A program made the position numbers and the translations under genes. DNA of 64,000 nucleotides. Origin: Candidatus Omnitrophota bacterium (GTDB lineage: Bacteria; Omnitrophota; Gorgyraeia; Zapsychrales; JANLHA01). The notes under the pieces are model-generated. The model was not told the DNA's origin. It did no database searches and was given only the letters and a program-made list of their open reading frames with translations. The stretch is from assembly GCA_031423615.1 (NCBI GenBank), contig JANPFV010000015.1, positions 14,666 to 78,665 on the forward strand, given 5' to 3'. This document shows positions 18,764 through 28,790 of this stretch, in pieces (position 1 is the first letter of the stretch; every line of letters starts with the position of its first letter).

Positions 18764-19983
18764 TGAGCCCGTTGACGAAAATAGATTTTGATCAGTTTAC
18801 TGATATCGCCTTTACGACGAGAGCAGCGTGCGTGGTTTGCGACTCGCCTTGTGAGGAAGCGGTGATTGATTTGCCCCGTTTTCCTTTGACAGAAATTTTT
18901 GTCGAAGAAAAGATCGACTACGGTCTGGGTCTCGTAGACCAGAAATTCCACCTTTGCAACATTTGCGGGCATGGACAGCTGGCCCATCTCATTGATAAAA
19001 ATATTCTCTACGGGCATTGTTACCGGACACGCACTTCCGTAAGTCCCTCGGCGATCGGAGCGCTGGATGTTTTTAGGATTTTCATCGATAAAATTCTTGG
19101 AAACCATAAGGTCAAAACACTTTTGGAGATCGGTTGCAATGACCTTTATTTTCTTCAGAAGTTAAGGGACAAGGCGGACATTTTATATGGTATTGATCCG
19201 ATTCTTAAAGATCAAGATCAGACTGATGATAAAATCAAATTGATCGGCGATTTTTTTGAAAATGTAGACTTGCAGGCGGCGGGCATCCGGGCTGATATTA
19301 TTTTATCGAGCCACACCTTTGAGCATGTGGAGCGTCCGGCAGAGTTGTTGGAAAAATTGCTGGCCAGCGCCAGCGACGACGCCTTATTTTTTTTCCAGTT
19401 CCCGGGATTGGAGTCATTGGTCCGTGACGCCCGCTTTGACCAGATGTTTCATCAGCACCTGAATTACTTTTCTGAAAGTTCGATAGGATATCTTTTGAAG
19501 AAATTGGGTGCCGAGGTGATTGACATTCAAGTCAACCCGTATCACTGGGGGGCCTTGATGATTGCGTTTCGTAAAAAAAAGAATCCGGTAAATTCCGTCG
19601 GCGCCCCTGCGGTCAGCGCTAACTCAGTCAAACGCCAATATCAGGTTTTTAAAAACGGAATGACGGTGACGTCGGACAGACTGGCGGCTCTGGATAATGA
19701 ATCGCTTTATGGTTTTGGCGCCGCTCTGATGATGCCGGTTTTGGATTATTATCTTAACGGTTTGCGGCGGATCAAATACATCATTGACGATGACAAGCAC
19801 AAAGAAAATTTATTTTATTTGAATTTTCCCGTACAAATTAAAGGAACACAACAGATCAAAAATATAAAGGACGCCGTGATTGTGCTGACAGCAATATATT
19901 CTTTGACGGCCCAGCGCGCGATTCTAAAGAAATTGATCGATATGAAAATCAAGCAGATCATTCTCCCTATCAATCTCGTTTAA
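18763..19983 (+). CDS. NDP-hexose C-methyltransferase-like protein (N-terminal zinc ribbon plus class I methyltransferase)
   Basis: CVVCDSPCEE...CNICGHG zinc-ribbon-like N-terminus; about 410 aa, as in TylC3/EryBIII-type sugar C-methyltransferases; LLEIGCNDLYFLQKL SAM motif. Confidence 0.55.
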   Translation: MSPLTKIDFDQFTDIAFTTRAACVVCDSPCEEAVIDLPRFPLTEIFVEEKIDYGLGLVDQKFHLCNICGHGQLAHLIDKNILYGHCYRTRTSVSPSAIGALDVFRIFIDKILGNHKVKTLLEIGCNDLYFLQKLRDKADILYGIDPILKDQDQTDDKIKLIGDFFENVDLQAAGIRADIILSSHTFEHVERPAELLEKLLASASDDALFFFQFPGLESLVRDARFDQMFHQHLNYFSESSIGYLLKKLGAEVIDIQVNPYHWGALMIAFRKKKNPVNSVGAPAVSANSVKRQYQVFKNGMTVTSDRLAALDNESLYGFGAALMMPVLDYYLNGLRRIKYIIDDDKHKENLFYLNFPVQIKGTQQIKNIKDAVIVLTAIYSLTAQRAILKKLIDMKIKQIILPINLV

Positions 19984-20011
19984 GAAAATAAAGAAGGCAT
20001 GAGGTAGGCCC

Positions 20012-20806
20012 ATGGACTTAGGGATAAAAGGCAAAAAAGCTTTGGTCACGGGTGGTGCGTCGGGGATAGGACAGGCTATTGCCATGGATTTGGCCAAGGA
20101 AGGCGTGAAAGTTTTCATAACGTCCCGTGAGGATGCGAAATTGAAAAAGGCCATGACAATGTTAGGCGGTAAAAAGGCAGGGCACAGTTTCTTGAAATGT
20201 GACATTGCCGATGACCAGGGTCCTGAGAAACTAATCCAAGTCCTGCACAAAGATTTTGGCCATCCGGATATTGTCGTTAATAATGTGGGCAGCGCCTTTG
20301 GCATCACGGACCCTTATTGTCCGACGAGCGATTGGAGAAAGTTTTTCCGTTTGAATTTTGAAGTGGCTGTTGAGATCAATAATCTTTTGCTCCCGCACAT
20401 GAAAAAACAAAACTGGGGTAGGATTGTGACAATCACATCCGGCGCGGCGTTAGAAAACAGCGGGCCGGTGCCGTATTGCGCGGCCAAGGCGGCTTTGGGC
20501 GCTTATACCCGTTCCATGGGCCGCGTTCTCGCAACAGAAGCTCAGAATGTTGTCATGACCGCCGTCATGCCCGGCGTTGTTTTAACGGAAGGCGGACATT
20601 GGGAACATGTTTTAAAGGAGCGTCCTGAGCATGCAGAAAAGTATTTACGGGAAAGATCTCCTCTGGGCCGTTTTGGAAAAACCAGCGAGATCAGTCCCAT
20701 GGTTATTTTTTTATGTTCAAAAATGGCGAGTTTTTGTCACGGGGCGATTGTTCCTGTCGATGCTGGCCAAGCCAAACATTTTATGTCTTTTAATTATTTG
20801 TCTTAA
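20012..20806 (+). CDS. short-chain dehydrogenase/reductase (classical SDR)
   Basis: ALVTGGASGIGQAIA; YCAAKAALGAY (YxxxK). Confidence 0.85.
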   Translation: MDLGIKGKKALVTGGASGIGQAIAMDLAKEGVKVFITSREDAKLKKAMTMLGGKKAGHSFLKCDIADDQGPEKLIQVLHKDFGHPDIVVNNVGSAFGITDPYCPTSDWRKFFRLNFEVAVEINNLLLPHMKKQNWGRIVTITSGAALENSGPVPYCAAKAALGAYTRSMGRVLATEAQNVVMTAVMPGVVLTEGGHWEHVLKERPEHAEKYLRERSPLGRFGKTSEISPMVIFLCSKMASFCHGAIVPVDAGQAKHFMSFNYLS

Positions 20807-20814
20807 GGACTGTC

Positions 20815-22614
20815 ATGAAGTTAACGGACTACGTCATCGATTTTTTGGCTGCACAAGGAATCGATTGTGTTTTTGGGGTCACCGGTGGTTCGGTTGTGCA
20901 TTTGTTTGACTCCGCCGACCGAAGCGAAAAAATGCGGCCGATTTTTTGTCATCATGAACAGGCCGCGGCTTTAGCCGCAGTTTCCTACGCCCGGATCAAA
21001 AATGCTCTGGGGCTGGTCATTGTTACGACGGGGCCGGGGGGAACAAACGCCATAACGGGTTTATGTTCGGCATGGTTGGACTCCATACCTTGTATTTTTA
21101 TTTCCGGCCAAGCGCGATACGAACACACGACAAGACATAAACCCATTCGTCAGGTTGGGTCCCAGCAGATCGATATCGTTTCTATCGTAAAGCCCATGAC
21201 CAAATATGCGGCCATGGTCGAAGACAGCGCTAAGATCAAATATCATTTGCAAAAAGCCATTTATCACGCCAAGAACGGCAGGCCGGGACCCGTTTGGATT
21301 GACCTACCTTTGAACTTTCAATGGGCTGATGTAGAGCCTGAACAATTGGAAAGTTTTGAAATTCCGCAAGAGTCTTCCCAGCCACGGTCAGCTTGCGAAA
21401 ATCTCTACGGCGACGTTGCCGGCTTGCTGAAAGCGGCTGCGCGTCCATTGATCGTCGCCGGATACGGGATCCGTTTGGCGAACGCCGTAAATTCTTTCGA
21501 AAAGTTTATTGAAAAAACACAAATTCCTTTCGTCTGCACATGGGGCACCAGCGACATTATTCCGACGGACTATCCTCTTTATCTGGGCCGCATGGGCGTC
21601 TCGGGGCAACGGGGAGCTAATTTCGCAGTGCAGAATTGTGATCTACTGCTCAGTATTGGGTCGCATTTGTGCATGACATTGACCGGGGGTCGCTTTGAGG
21701 CTTTCGCCCGTGAGGCCAAAAAGATCGTTGTTGATATTGATCCTGTGGAAATGAAGCACGCGAATGTGAATATCGATTTATGCGTTCCTTGCGATGCTAA
21801 GAATTTTTTGGACGAAATGCAAAACCTTTTAACAAAAAATAATGATTTGACCTCTTGGCGCGACATCTGTGCGAAATATAAAACTTACAACGCCATCCCG
21901 CTGGAATGGCGCAACAAAAAAGATTTTATGGACCCGTATGTTTTTATGGATATCTTATCCGATGAGCTCGACTCGGATGATACCATGGTTGTAGACGGAG
22001 GCGGGACCGCGCTGTATATTCCTTTTCAAGCTTTGCGGTTGAAAAAGGGACAGCGCATGGTCGTTTCCGGCGGGATTTCGGCCATGGGCACGGGTTTGCC
22101 CGAAAGCATCGGCGCTTGTTTTGCCAATGGGCGTCGCCGGACGATTTGTTTTATTGGTGACGGGAGCATGCAGTTTAATATTCATGAATTGCAGACCATT
22201 GTTCATCATCATCTCCCCATTAAAATGATTGTTTTTAATAATCAAGGTTACCTGGCCATGCGTCACACTCAAGATGGCTTTTTGAAAAGCCGTTACGTGG
22301 GTGCGGATGCGCGCGGCGGTTTGAGTCTGCCCGATTACCAAAAAGTTTCCGCGGCTTACGGCATCAAAGCCGTGCGGGTGCAAAATTATTCTGAAGCGGC
22401 GAAAAAAATAAAATTTATGTTGGCTGAGCCAGGCCCGGTCGTTTGCGAGATCATGATTCCGCCTGATCAACAGCTCATTCCCACGGTGGGATTTAAAAAG
22501 AATATCGATGGTACGGCGACGGGCTTGCCCCTGGAGGACATGTTTCCGTATTTGAGCCGTCAAGAATTTTTGGAAAATATGATCGTGACGCCTTTGAAGG
22601 AGTGTCTGGAGTGA
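20815..22614 (+). CDS. ThDP-dependent acetolactate-synthase-like enzyme (YerE-like branched-sugar synthase candidate)
   Basis: three-domain TPP_enzyme layout: N-terminal GIDCVFGVTGGSVVHLFD, central domain, C-terminal GDGSMQFNIHELQT. Confidence 0.8.
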   Translation: MKLTDYVIDFLAAQGIDCVFGVTGGSVVHLFDSADRSEKMRPIFCHHEQAAALAAVSYARIKNALGLVIVTTGPGGTNAITGLCSAWLDSIPCIFISGQARYEHTTRHKPIRQVGSQQIDIVSIVKPMTKYAAMVEDSAKIKYHLQKAIYHAKNGRPGPVWIDLPLNFQWADVEPEQLESFEIPQESSQPRSACENLYGDVAGLLKAAARPLIVAGYGIRLANAVNSFEKFIEKTQIPFVCTWGTSDIIPTDYPLYLGRMGVSGQRGANFAVQNCDLLLSIGSHLCMTLTGGRFEAFAREAKKIVVDIDPVEMKHANVNIDLCVPCDAKNFLDEMQNLLTKNNDLTSWRDICAKYKTYNAIPLEWRNKKDFMDPYVFMDILSDELDSDDTMVVDGGGTALYIPFQALRLKKGQRMVVSGGISAMGTGLPESIGACFANGRRRTICFIGDGSMQFNIHELQTIVHHHLPIKMIVFNNQGYLAMRHTQDGFLKSRYVGADARGGLSLPDYQKVSAAYGIKAVRVQNYSEAAKKIKFMLAEPGPVVCEIMIPPDQQLIPTVGFKKNIDGTATGLPLEDMFPYLSRQEFLENMIVTPLKECLE

Positions 22615-23840
22615 AAAATCTGTCTGTGGCCGCCAGTCGGCTCGAAGGTCAAAAAATGTTTCAAGTCCTTGCGAAAGCCCAGGAACTCGAGAGGCAAGGC
22701 AAGAACATCATTCATTTTGAAATCGGGGACCCGGATTTTGACACTCCGGCAAATATTGTCGATGCCGCCTGTACGGCTTTAAAGCAAGGGGACACGCATT
22801 ACGTGAATTCGTCGGGGTTAAGCGAATTTAAAATAGTATCTGCGGATGTCACACAACGTTCGCGGGGTTTCAAACCCGATCCCGAGCAGATTTTAGTGAC
22901 GGCGGGGGGGAATGTGCAAATTTATTATGCGGTCTCTTGCCTCGTCAATCCCGGCGAGGAAGTGATCATTTCCGACCCCGGATTTGTCTCGTACAATTCG
23001 ATCATTAACTTTGTCGGTGCTAAAGCGGTCAAAGTGGCACTGCGTGAAGAAAATCAATTCCGTTTAAATCCCGATGAGGTGAAAAAAGCGATCACCGGCA
23101 AAACGCGCATGATTATTATCAATTCGCCTCATAATCCGACGGGTTCGGTGATGACTGAGGACGAAATCAAAAGGATTTATGACATTGCACAAGAGCACGA
23201 CGTCTATCTGGTCAGTGACGAGGTTTATGCGCGCATGATTTATAAAGACAGTGATGTGAAATTCAGTTCGCCAAGTCAATATGACGCTTGCAAAAAGAGA
23301 ACGATTGTCATTCACGCTTTTAGCAAGTCCTATGCCATGACCGGCTGGCGGCTGGGAGCGATGACCGGACCCGCGGAGATCATTTCTAAAATGGCTCTTT
23401 TGTTGGAAACGACCAGTTCTTGTGTGTCGCCCTTTATTCAAAGAGCGGGTATTGCCGCTTTGACGGGCAGTCAGGAACCGATCAATGCCATGATTCAAGA
23501 ACTTCGTTCTCGTCGGGATATCATGGTTGAGGCGCTTAACAAAATTCCCGGAATCCAATGTCTTAAACCGCAGGGAGCGTTTTATGTGTTTCCCAATATC
23601 CGCAATACGGGAATGACCAGTGAGGAATTCAGTGACATGATGCTTCAACAGGCCGGGGTGGCCGTTTGCCCGGGAAATTATTTTGGTGAACATGGCGAAG
23701 GGCATGTCCGTTTATGCTATGCCAATTCCGCCAAAAATATTAAACAAGGATTAGAGAGAATAGAGCAATGTTTGACCATGCAAAAGAAAAAAGTTTCGCC
23801 AGCTTTTACGGATGGAAGGCCATCGCTATGGAATTTCTAG
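22602..23840 (+). CDS. class I/II (aspartate-family) PLP aminotransferase
   Basis: PLP-lysine motif SKSYAMTGWRLG; GTG at 22602, with an alternative ATG at 22656. Confidence 0.8.
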   Translation: MSGVKNLSVAASRLEGQKMFQVLAKAQELERQGKNIIHFEIGDPDFDTPANIVDAACTALKQGDTHYVNSSGLSEFKIVSADVTQRSRGFKPDPEQILVTAGGNVQIYYAVSCLVNPGEEVIISDPGFVSYNSIINFVGAKAVKVALREENQFRLNPDEVKKAITGKTRMIIINSPHNPTGSVMTEDEIKRIYDIAQEHDVYLVSDEVYARMIYKDSDVKFSSPSQYDACKKRTIVIHAFSKSYAMTGWRLGAMTGPAEIISKMALLLETTSSCVSPFIQRAGIAALTGSQEPINAMIQELRSRRDIMVEALNKIPGIQCLKPQGAFYVFPNIRNTGMTSEEFSDMMLQQAGVAVCPGNYFGEHGEGHVRLCYANSAKNIKQGLERIEQCLTMQKKKVSPAFTDGRPSLWNF

Positions 23841-23964
23841 ATAATTTCTTTCAGGTTTTAGACGAACATCCTCGTGTTAAATTTAAATTTCTTGTGGGCT
23901 TTATTGTTTGAGTGGGTGTTGTATGGGTGGCTTTATAAAAGAATAATACGGATGCGTATTTATT

Positions 23965-24957
23965 ATGCAGCGAAAAATTTTAGTCATCGGCAGCAATTCT
24001 TTTTCCGGCAGTGATTTTATTGATCTTTTGCTGGAAAATAAAAATAATCACGTCATTGGCGTGAGCCGCTCGCCGGAAAAATCCTCGTTATTTCTTGCCT
24101 ATAAACAGAAGCCAAGTCCAAACTTTTTTTTCCAGCAGATCGACATGAATAAAGACATGGCCCGCTTTAAAACCTTGCTCACCACATTTGAACCGGAATA
24201 TATCGTTAATTTTGCGGCGCAAAGTGAAGTCGGCCCCAGCTGGGATACTCCGTGGGACTGGTTTCAAACCAATGCCGTGGCTTTGACGCATCTTTTGGAC
24301 CATTTGAAAACAGCGAAATATCTTAAGCGCTATGTGCATATTTCCAGCCCGGAAGTTTATGGGTCTTGCCAAGGAATTGTTCGTGAAGACGCCGCGCTTA
24401 ATCCCAGCACACCCTACGCCGCGTCTAAAGCGGCGGCTGATCTTTTGCTGTCGACCTATATGAAGAATTTTTCTTTTCCGCTTTCTACAGTACGATCCAC
24501 AAATGTTTATGGCGCCCATCAACAGCTTTTTAAAATTGTCCCGCGCACGATCATTAATCTTATGTCCGGCAAGATTCAGGAATTGCACGGGGGCGGCAAA
24601 GCTGTCAAGTCCTACATTCATATTCGTGATATTTCTCGAGGAGAGTTGCTGGTCATGGAGCAGGGAAAGACCGGAGAAATTTATCATTTTTCTCCCGACT
24701 GCGGTATTGCAGTGCGCGATGTCGTAGAAAAGATTTGTCAGCGTCTGGGCAAAGATTTCGAATCCGTGACCCGTGAGGTCGGGGAACGGCTGGGCCAGGA
24801 CCGGGCTTATGTGATAGATTCCAGTAAAGCCCGTCGAGAATTGTGTTGGACTCCGCAAGTGTCTTTGGACCAAGGTTTAGAAGAAGTGGTGGATTGGATT
24901 GAGCAGAACTGGGAAAAGATCAAACCTTTACCGGCGGGATATATTCATCAGGCATGA
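23965..24957 (+). CDS. NDP-sugar 4,6-dehydratase/epimerase-type extended SDR
   Basis: ILVIGSNSFSGSDFI (GxxGxxG); YAASKAAADLL (YxxxK). Confidence 0.7.
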   Translation: MQRKILVIGSNSFSGSDFIDLLLENKNNHVIGVSRSPEKSSLFLAYKQKPSPNFFFQQIDMNKDMARFKTLLTTFEPEYIVNFAAQSEVGPSWDTPWDWFQTNAVALTHLLDHLKTAKYLKRYVHISSPEVYGSCQGIVREDAALNPSTPYAASKAAADLLLSTYMKNFSFPLSTVRSTNVYGAHQQLFKIVPRTIINLMSGKIQELHGGGKAVKSYIHIRDISRGELLVMEQGKTGEIYHFSPDCGIAVRDVVEKICQRLGKDFESVTREVGERLGQDRAYVIDSSKARRELCWTPQVSLDQGLEEVVDWIEQNWEKIKPLPAGYIHQA

Positions 24958-25874
24958 AACCCTTTTTACCTAAACGTATTCTTGTCGTTGGTGCCGACGG
25001 GTTGATCGGGCGGACTTTGGTGTCTGCTCTCGATAAGACAGGCCATAAGGTGTTCGCCACGAGCCGTGGTGAGAAATTGTCAGCGGAGCGTATTCGTTTA
25101 GATTTAGAAGATAAGACGGACGCATGGTCCTTGCCGGAAAATGTTGATGTGGCATTTTTGTGTGCGGCGTATAATTCTTTAGACCTATGTCGTCGAGAGC
25201 CGATCAAGACCCGCTGGGTTAACGTGGAGCAGACCGTGAAATTGGCCAGACATTTAGCCCGGATTGGCAGTCGAGTGATTTTTCTTTCCACCAATTTGGT
25301 TTATGATGGGGCAACCGCCTTTGCAAGAGCAGGGCAACCAACCTGTCCGCAAACGGAACATGGCCGTCAAAAGGCCGCAGCGGAAAAGCAATTGTTAAAA
25401 CTGGGCAATGTCTCAGCGGTCCTTCGTCTTACAAAAGTGTTTGGGCCGGACATGCCCTTGCTCCAGGAATGGGCGACAGCTTTACGGCAAAATAAAGCAA
25501 TCCATCCGTTTAATGACAAAGTGGTAAGTCCCTTGTCGCTGGGCTTTGTCACTCAAATTTTGTTAAGTCTTTCGGAAAAAAGCGTTTCGGGAGTTTTGCA
25601 GGTTTCCGGAGAGAAAGATATTACGTATGCAGATGTGGCGTATCGCTTGGCCCATCGCTTAGGAATGAAGGAAATTCTTGTTCAGCCGATTTCTGCTAAA
25701 AAGTCAGAAATATCCTTGGAGCATTTACCGGCCCATACAACCCTGGCCACGACAGACTCAATTGTGGACAGGGGCATGGACGTGCCTGCGATGGGGGAAA
25801 CGGTAGATGAGATCATTGACCAAAATATCGCGACTCTTCAGAAAAAAAGTCTTCCGGAAATGATGATGTTCTAA
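24954..25874 (+). CDS. RmlD-like (dTDP-4-dehydrorhamnose reductase family) NAD(P)-dependent reductase
   Basis: RILVVGADGLIGRTL N-terminus; about 300 aa; ATGA overlap with the dehydratase. Confidence 0.6.
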   Translation: MKPFLPKRILVVGADGLIGRTLVSALDKTGHKVFATSRGEKLSAERIRLDLEDKTDAWSLPENVDVAFLCAAYNSLDLCRREPIKTRWVNVEQTVKLARHLARIGSRVIFLSTNLVYDGATAFARAGQPTCPQTEHGRQKAAAEKQLLKLGNVSAVLRLTKVFGPDMPLLQEWATALRQNKAIHPFNDKVVSPLSLGFVTQILLSLSEKSVSGVLQVSGEKDITYADVAYRLAHRLGMKEILVQPISAKKSEISLEHLPAHTTLATTDSIVDRGMDVPAMGETVDEIIDQNIATLQKKSLPEMMMF

Positions 25875-25875
25875 A

Positions 25876-26652
25876 ATGGGAAACGTGACCGATTTGACAT
25901 TGATAGAACTGGACGAAAAGAAAAGATTCTTAGAAAATCTCGTCGATATCACCTTTTTTATTCCCTGCCTTAATGAAGAGCATAGCATTGTTCCTACCCT
26001 CGACAAGTTAGGCAAAGTGGCCAGGGAATTGCAGTTGATATTTGAACTTCTGATTTATAATGACGGTTCAACGGACAAGACGCAAGTTTTGGTAGAGCAA
26101 TACGCCAAAGACCATCCCGGCATCCTATTACAGTTGATCAATCGCAAGAAGCGAAAAGGTCTCGGCTACAATTATATTGATGGGGCTTTCACGGGTTTCG
26201 GGAAATATTACATGATGATCTGCGGGGACAATTCAGAAACTGAAGAAAGTTTACGTGCGATTCTTGCCCAAAAAGGCAGGGCCGACATTGTAGTCCCGTA
26301 CTTCGCGGATCAGGACATGCGTAATTTTTTTCGTCGGAAATTATCGCGGGTGTTTACTTTCCTTGTCAATGTGCTCAACGGGTATAGACTGAAATATTAT
26401 AACGGCACGGTCTTGCATCAGCGCAGCAATATTATGCGCTGGCATCCGTCGAGCAGCGGATTTGCCTATCAGGCGGAAATGTTGACGATCATGCTGGATG
26501 AGCACAAAACATACTGCGAAGTTAAGGTGGCCAATCGTGACCGCGAAAAAGGTTTTTCTCGGGCGTTTCATTTGCAGAATATGTTTTCGGTGGCTCATAG
26601 CTTATTGCAGATCATATTTCGGCGTATACGTCGGACCATTTGGCCTTTGTAA
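25876..26652 (+). CDS. glycosyltransferase family 2
   Basis: FFIPCLNEEHSI...YNDGSTDKT (GT-A DxD region). Confidence 0.75.
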   Translation: MGNVTDLTLIELDEKKRFLENLVDITFFIPCLNEEHSIVPTLDKLGKVARELQLIFELLIYNDGSTDKTQVLVEQYAKDHPGILLQLINRKKRKGLGYNYIDGAFTGFGKYYMMICGDNSETEESLRAILAQKGRADIVVPYFADQDMRNFFRRKLSRVFTFLVNVLNGYRLKYYNGTVLHQRSNIMRWHPSSSGFAYQAEMLTIMLDEHKTYCEVKVANRDREKGFSRAFHLQNMFSVAHSLLQIIFRRIRRTIWPL

Positions 26653-27377
26653 TGGAAAATATTTTAAAAAGCTCCGGTTTGGTTTTAGTCGATGCCGTCA
26701 ACTATAATCGTTGGCAGTATGATCAGTTGCGTCCGCATGTTGGGAAAAAAGTTTTAGAAATCGGCTGTGGTCTGGGAAATCTGACGCAATATCTGAGAGA
26801 AGACGCAGAATTCCTTTTTTCAACGGATACGCGACCGGAAGCCGTAGAGTTTATGCGGGAACGTTGTCCTGCGACGGAAGAATTTGAGGTTCGGTGCGCG
26901 GATATTTTTAACGAGACGTCGGTGTTGCCCCACCCGCCTTTTTTTGACACCATTGTTTTTTCTAATGTGCTCGAGCACATCGAAGATGATGTTAAGGCCA
27001 TGAAGATGTGCGCAGACATCTTGCGGCCGACCCAAGGCAAACTTTTATTACTGGTGCCGGCCCATCCGTTTTTGTACGGTACACTGGATGCCGAAAGCGG
27101 ACATTACCGCCGTTATTCCAAAAAAGAAATCATCCGGTTGGCCGGGCTCGCCCATTTTAAAATCATTGATCTTTATGCTTTTAATATGACCGGCGCCTTG
27201 GGATGGTTTTTGAATTATTGTGTTTTGCGACGCAAAGGAAGCCATAATTCAACGCAAGATACCCAAGTGAGTTTTTTTGACCGTTATTGTGTGCGACCCT
27301 GCCGGTTTATAGAAGAAAAAATCCGGCCGCCCGTGGGGATTTCTTATATCGCCATTATGCAAGCCAAGGAGTTTTAA
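26652..27377 (+). CDS. class I SAM-dependent methyltransferase
   Basis: VLEIGCGLGNLTQYL motif I; start moved from the TTG at 26640 to the ATG at 26652. Confidence 0.75.
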   Translation: MENILKSSGLVLVDAVNYNRWQYDQLRPHVGKKVLEIGCGLGNLTQYLREDAEFLFSTDTRPEAVEFMRERCPATEEFEVRCADIFNETSVLPHPPFFDTIVFSNVLEHIEDDVKAMKMCADILRPTQGKLLLLVPAHPFLYGTLDAESGHYRRYSKKEIIRLAGLAHFKIIDLYAFNMTGALGWFLNYCVLRRKGSHNSTQDTQVSFFDRYCVRPCRFIEEKIRPPVGISYIAIMQAKEF

Positions 27378-28790
27378 ATGAAAAGGTTCGTCATCGTCGG
27401 GGCGGGGATTTCGGGATTGGCTTTTGCCTATGAATGTTTGTTGCGGGGGCATGAGGTTTTGCTTGTCGAGAATACCGGAGAGGTCGGCGGTCTGGCGCGG
27501 TCGGTCACCCATAATGATTGTCGTTTGGATATTGGGGTCCACGTTCTTTATCTCAAAGATCCGCAAGTCCGCGCTAAAATCGCTGAGCTCATTCCCTCTG
27601 ATCAATGGCTGCGCGTGCGGCGAAATGGGAAACTTTTTATCAAAAACCGGTACATGGATTGGCCGCCGACCCCGCGATCTTTGTTTCAGCTTCCGTTAAG
27701 TTTCAGCATTCGTGTCCTTTGCGACCAGATCTTTAAAAAGGCAAAACAAGAGGGCACGGAAAACTTTGAGAAGGAAGTCCTCGGCCTTTACGGCCCGACG
27801 CTGTACAATTCTTTCTTTCATCCTTTGACCAAAAAGTTTTTGCGCACCGATCCGCAAAAAGTGCACGCGGATTGGGCTTTTTCGAGTTTGCGGGCCGCCA
27901 CTAAAATTGAGGATAAATCTTTTAATGAGACCAATAAATATCTAACGCAGAACACGGATGCCAAGGCCAAAAAAGATTTTAATATTCTCAAATTTTTGCT
28001 CCAGTCTCTTAAGACCGACCGGAATAATGAACCCTTTTATTATTTTCACGATGGATTTGGGGCGATGGTGGATGCTTATAAGACAAAAATCCTTCAGCTC
28101 GGCGGACATATTGTCTTAAACCAAACAGTTTCGGCTTTGACGGTGCAGGACAATAAATTGACCCAATGCATCGTCAATGGCCACGCAAAGGACATTGATG
28201 AATTGGTGTGGACCGGCAGCCCCTTTGCTTTGTGCCAACTTTTAGGCATTGATTGTCCCCGCTTGGAATTTTTACATTCGCGGTTTGTTTTTGTTTTTCT
28301 TAAGAAATGCTTGAAGGACCATCAGGTGTGTTATTACGCAGATGCCGATGTTTCCTTCGTGCGCGGGACAATTCTCTCCAATCATTCCAAGACTATTATT
28401 CGTAATAAAAATGTCAGCGATGTCCTTTGCCTTGAATACACTTTTAAATCGCCGGACGAAATGAACACCCCTCTGTCTGATATGGCGCCTTCGCTCACCA
28501 GAGAATTGATTAAGGTCAAGATGATAGAGAAAGCGGATGATATCGAGAGCCTTTATGAGATCAAGGCCCCCTATTCGTACCCTATCCTCACTCCGGATTA
28601 CCGGGAAAAAGCCGCCGAGTTGCAGGAAAAATTGGCCTGTTTTGGTCAACTGACGGTTCTCGGCCGGCAGGCCACATTCAATTATGAGAACAGTGATATT
28701 ATTATCAAAAATGTTTTGCGCCACCCCCTGTTTCAGGACGCGCCGTTAGGCGAGAAAGATTTGCAAGATGCCGGGACTCATGGAAAATAA
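27378..28790 (+). CDS. FAD-dependent oxidoreductase (amine-oxidase / UDP-galactopyranose-mutase-like fold)
   Basis: FVIVGAGISGLAFAYE dinucleotide-binding motif followed by E at the end of beta2. Confidence 0.65.
   Translation: MKRFVIVGAGISGLAFAYECLLRGHEVLLVENTGEVGGLARSVTHNDCRLDIGVHVLYLKDPQVRAKIAELIPSDQWLRVRRNGKLFIKNRYMDWPPTPRSLFQLPLSFSIRVLCDQIFKKAKQEGTENFEKEVLGLYGPTLYNSFFHPLTKKFLRTDPQKVHADWAFSSLRAATKIEDKSFNETNKYLTQNTDAKAKKDFNILKFLLQSLKTDRNNEPFYYFHDGFGAMVDAYKTKILQLGGHIVLNQTVSALTVQDNKLTQCIVNGHAKDIDELVWTGSPFALCQLLGIDCPRLEFLHSRFVFVFLKKCLKDHQVCYYADADVSFVRGTILSNHSKTIIRNKNVSDVLCLEYTFKSPDEMNTPLSDMAPSLTRELIKVKMIEKADDIESLYEIKAPYSYPILTPDYREKAAELQEKLACFGQLTVLGRQATFNYENSDIIIKNVLRHPLFQDAPLGEKDLQDAGTHGK

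Noticed and set aside
21955-22563. 202-aa - strand ORF inside the ALS-like ThDP enzyme gene
   Set aside because: Antisense to a gene with clear three-domain ThDP-enzyme motifs; no independent support.
24088-24873. 261-aa ORF on the - strand antisense to the 4,6-dehydratase-like gene
   Set aside because: Shadow ORF of a well-supported SDR gene; the translation is R/G-rich with no domain signature.
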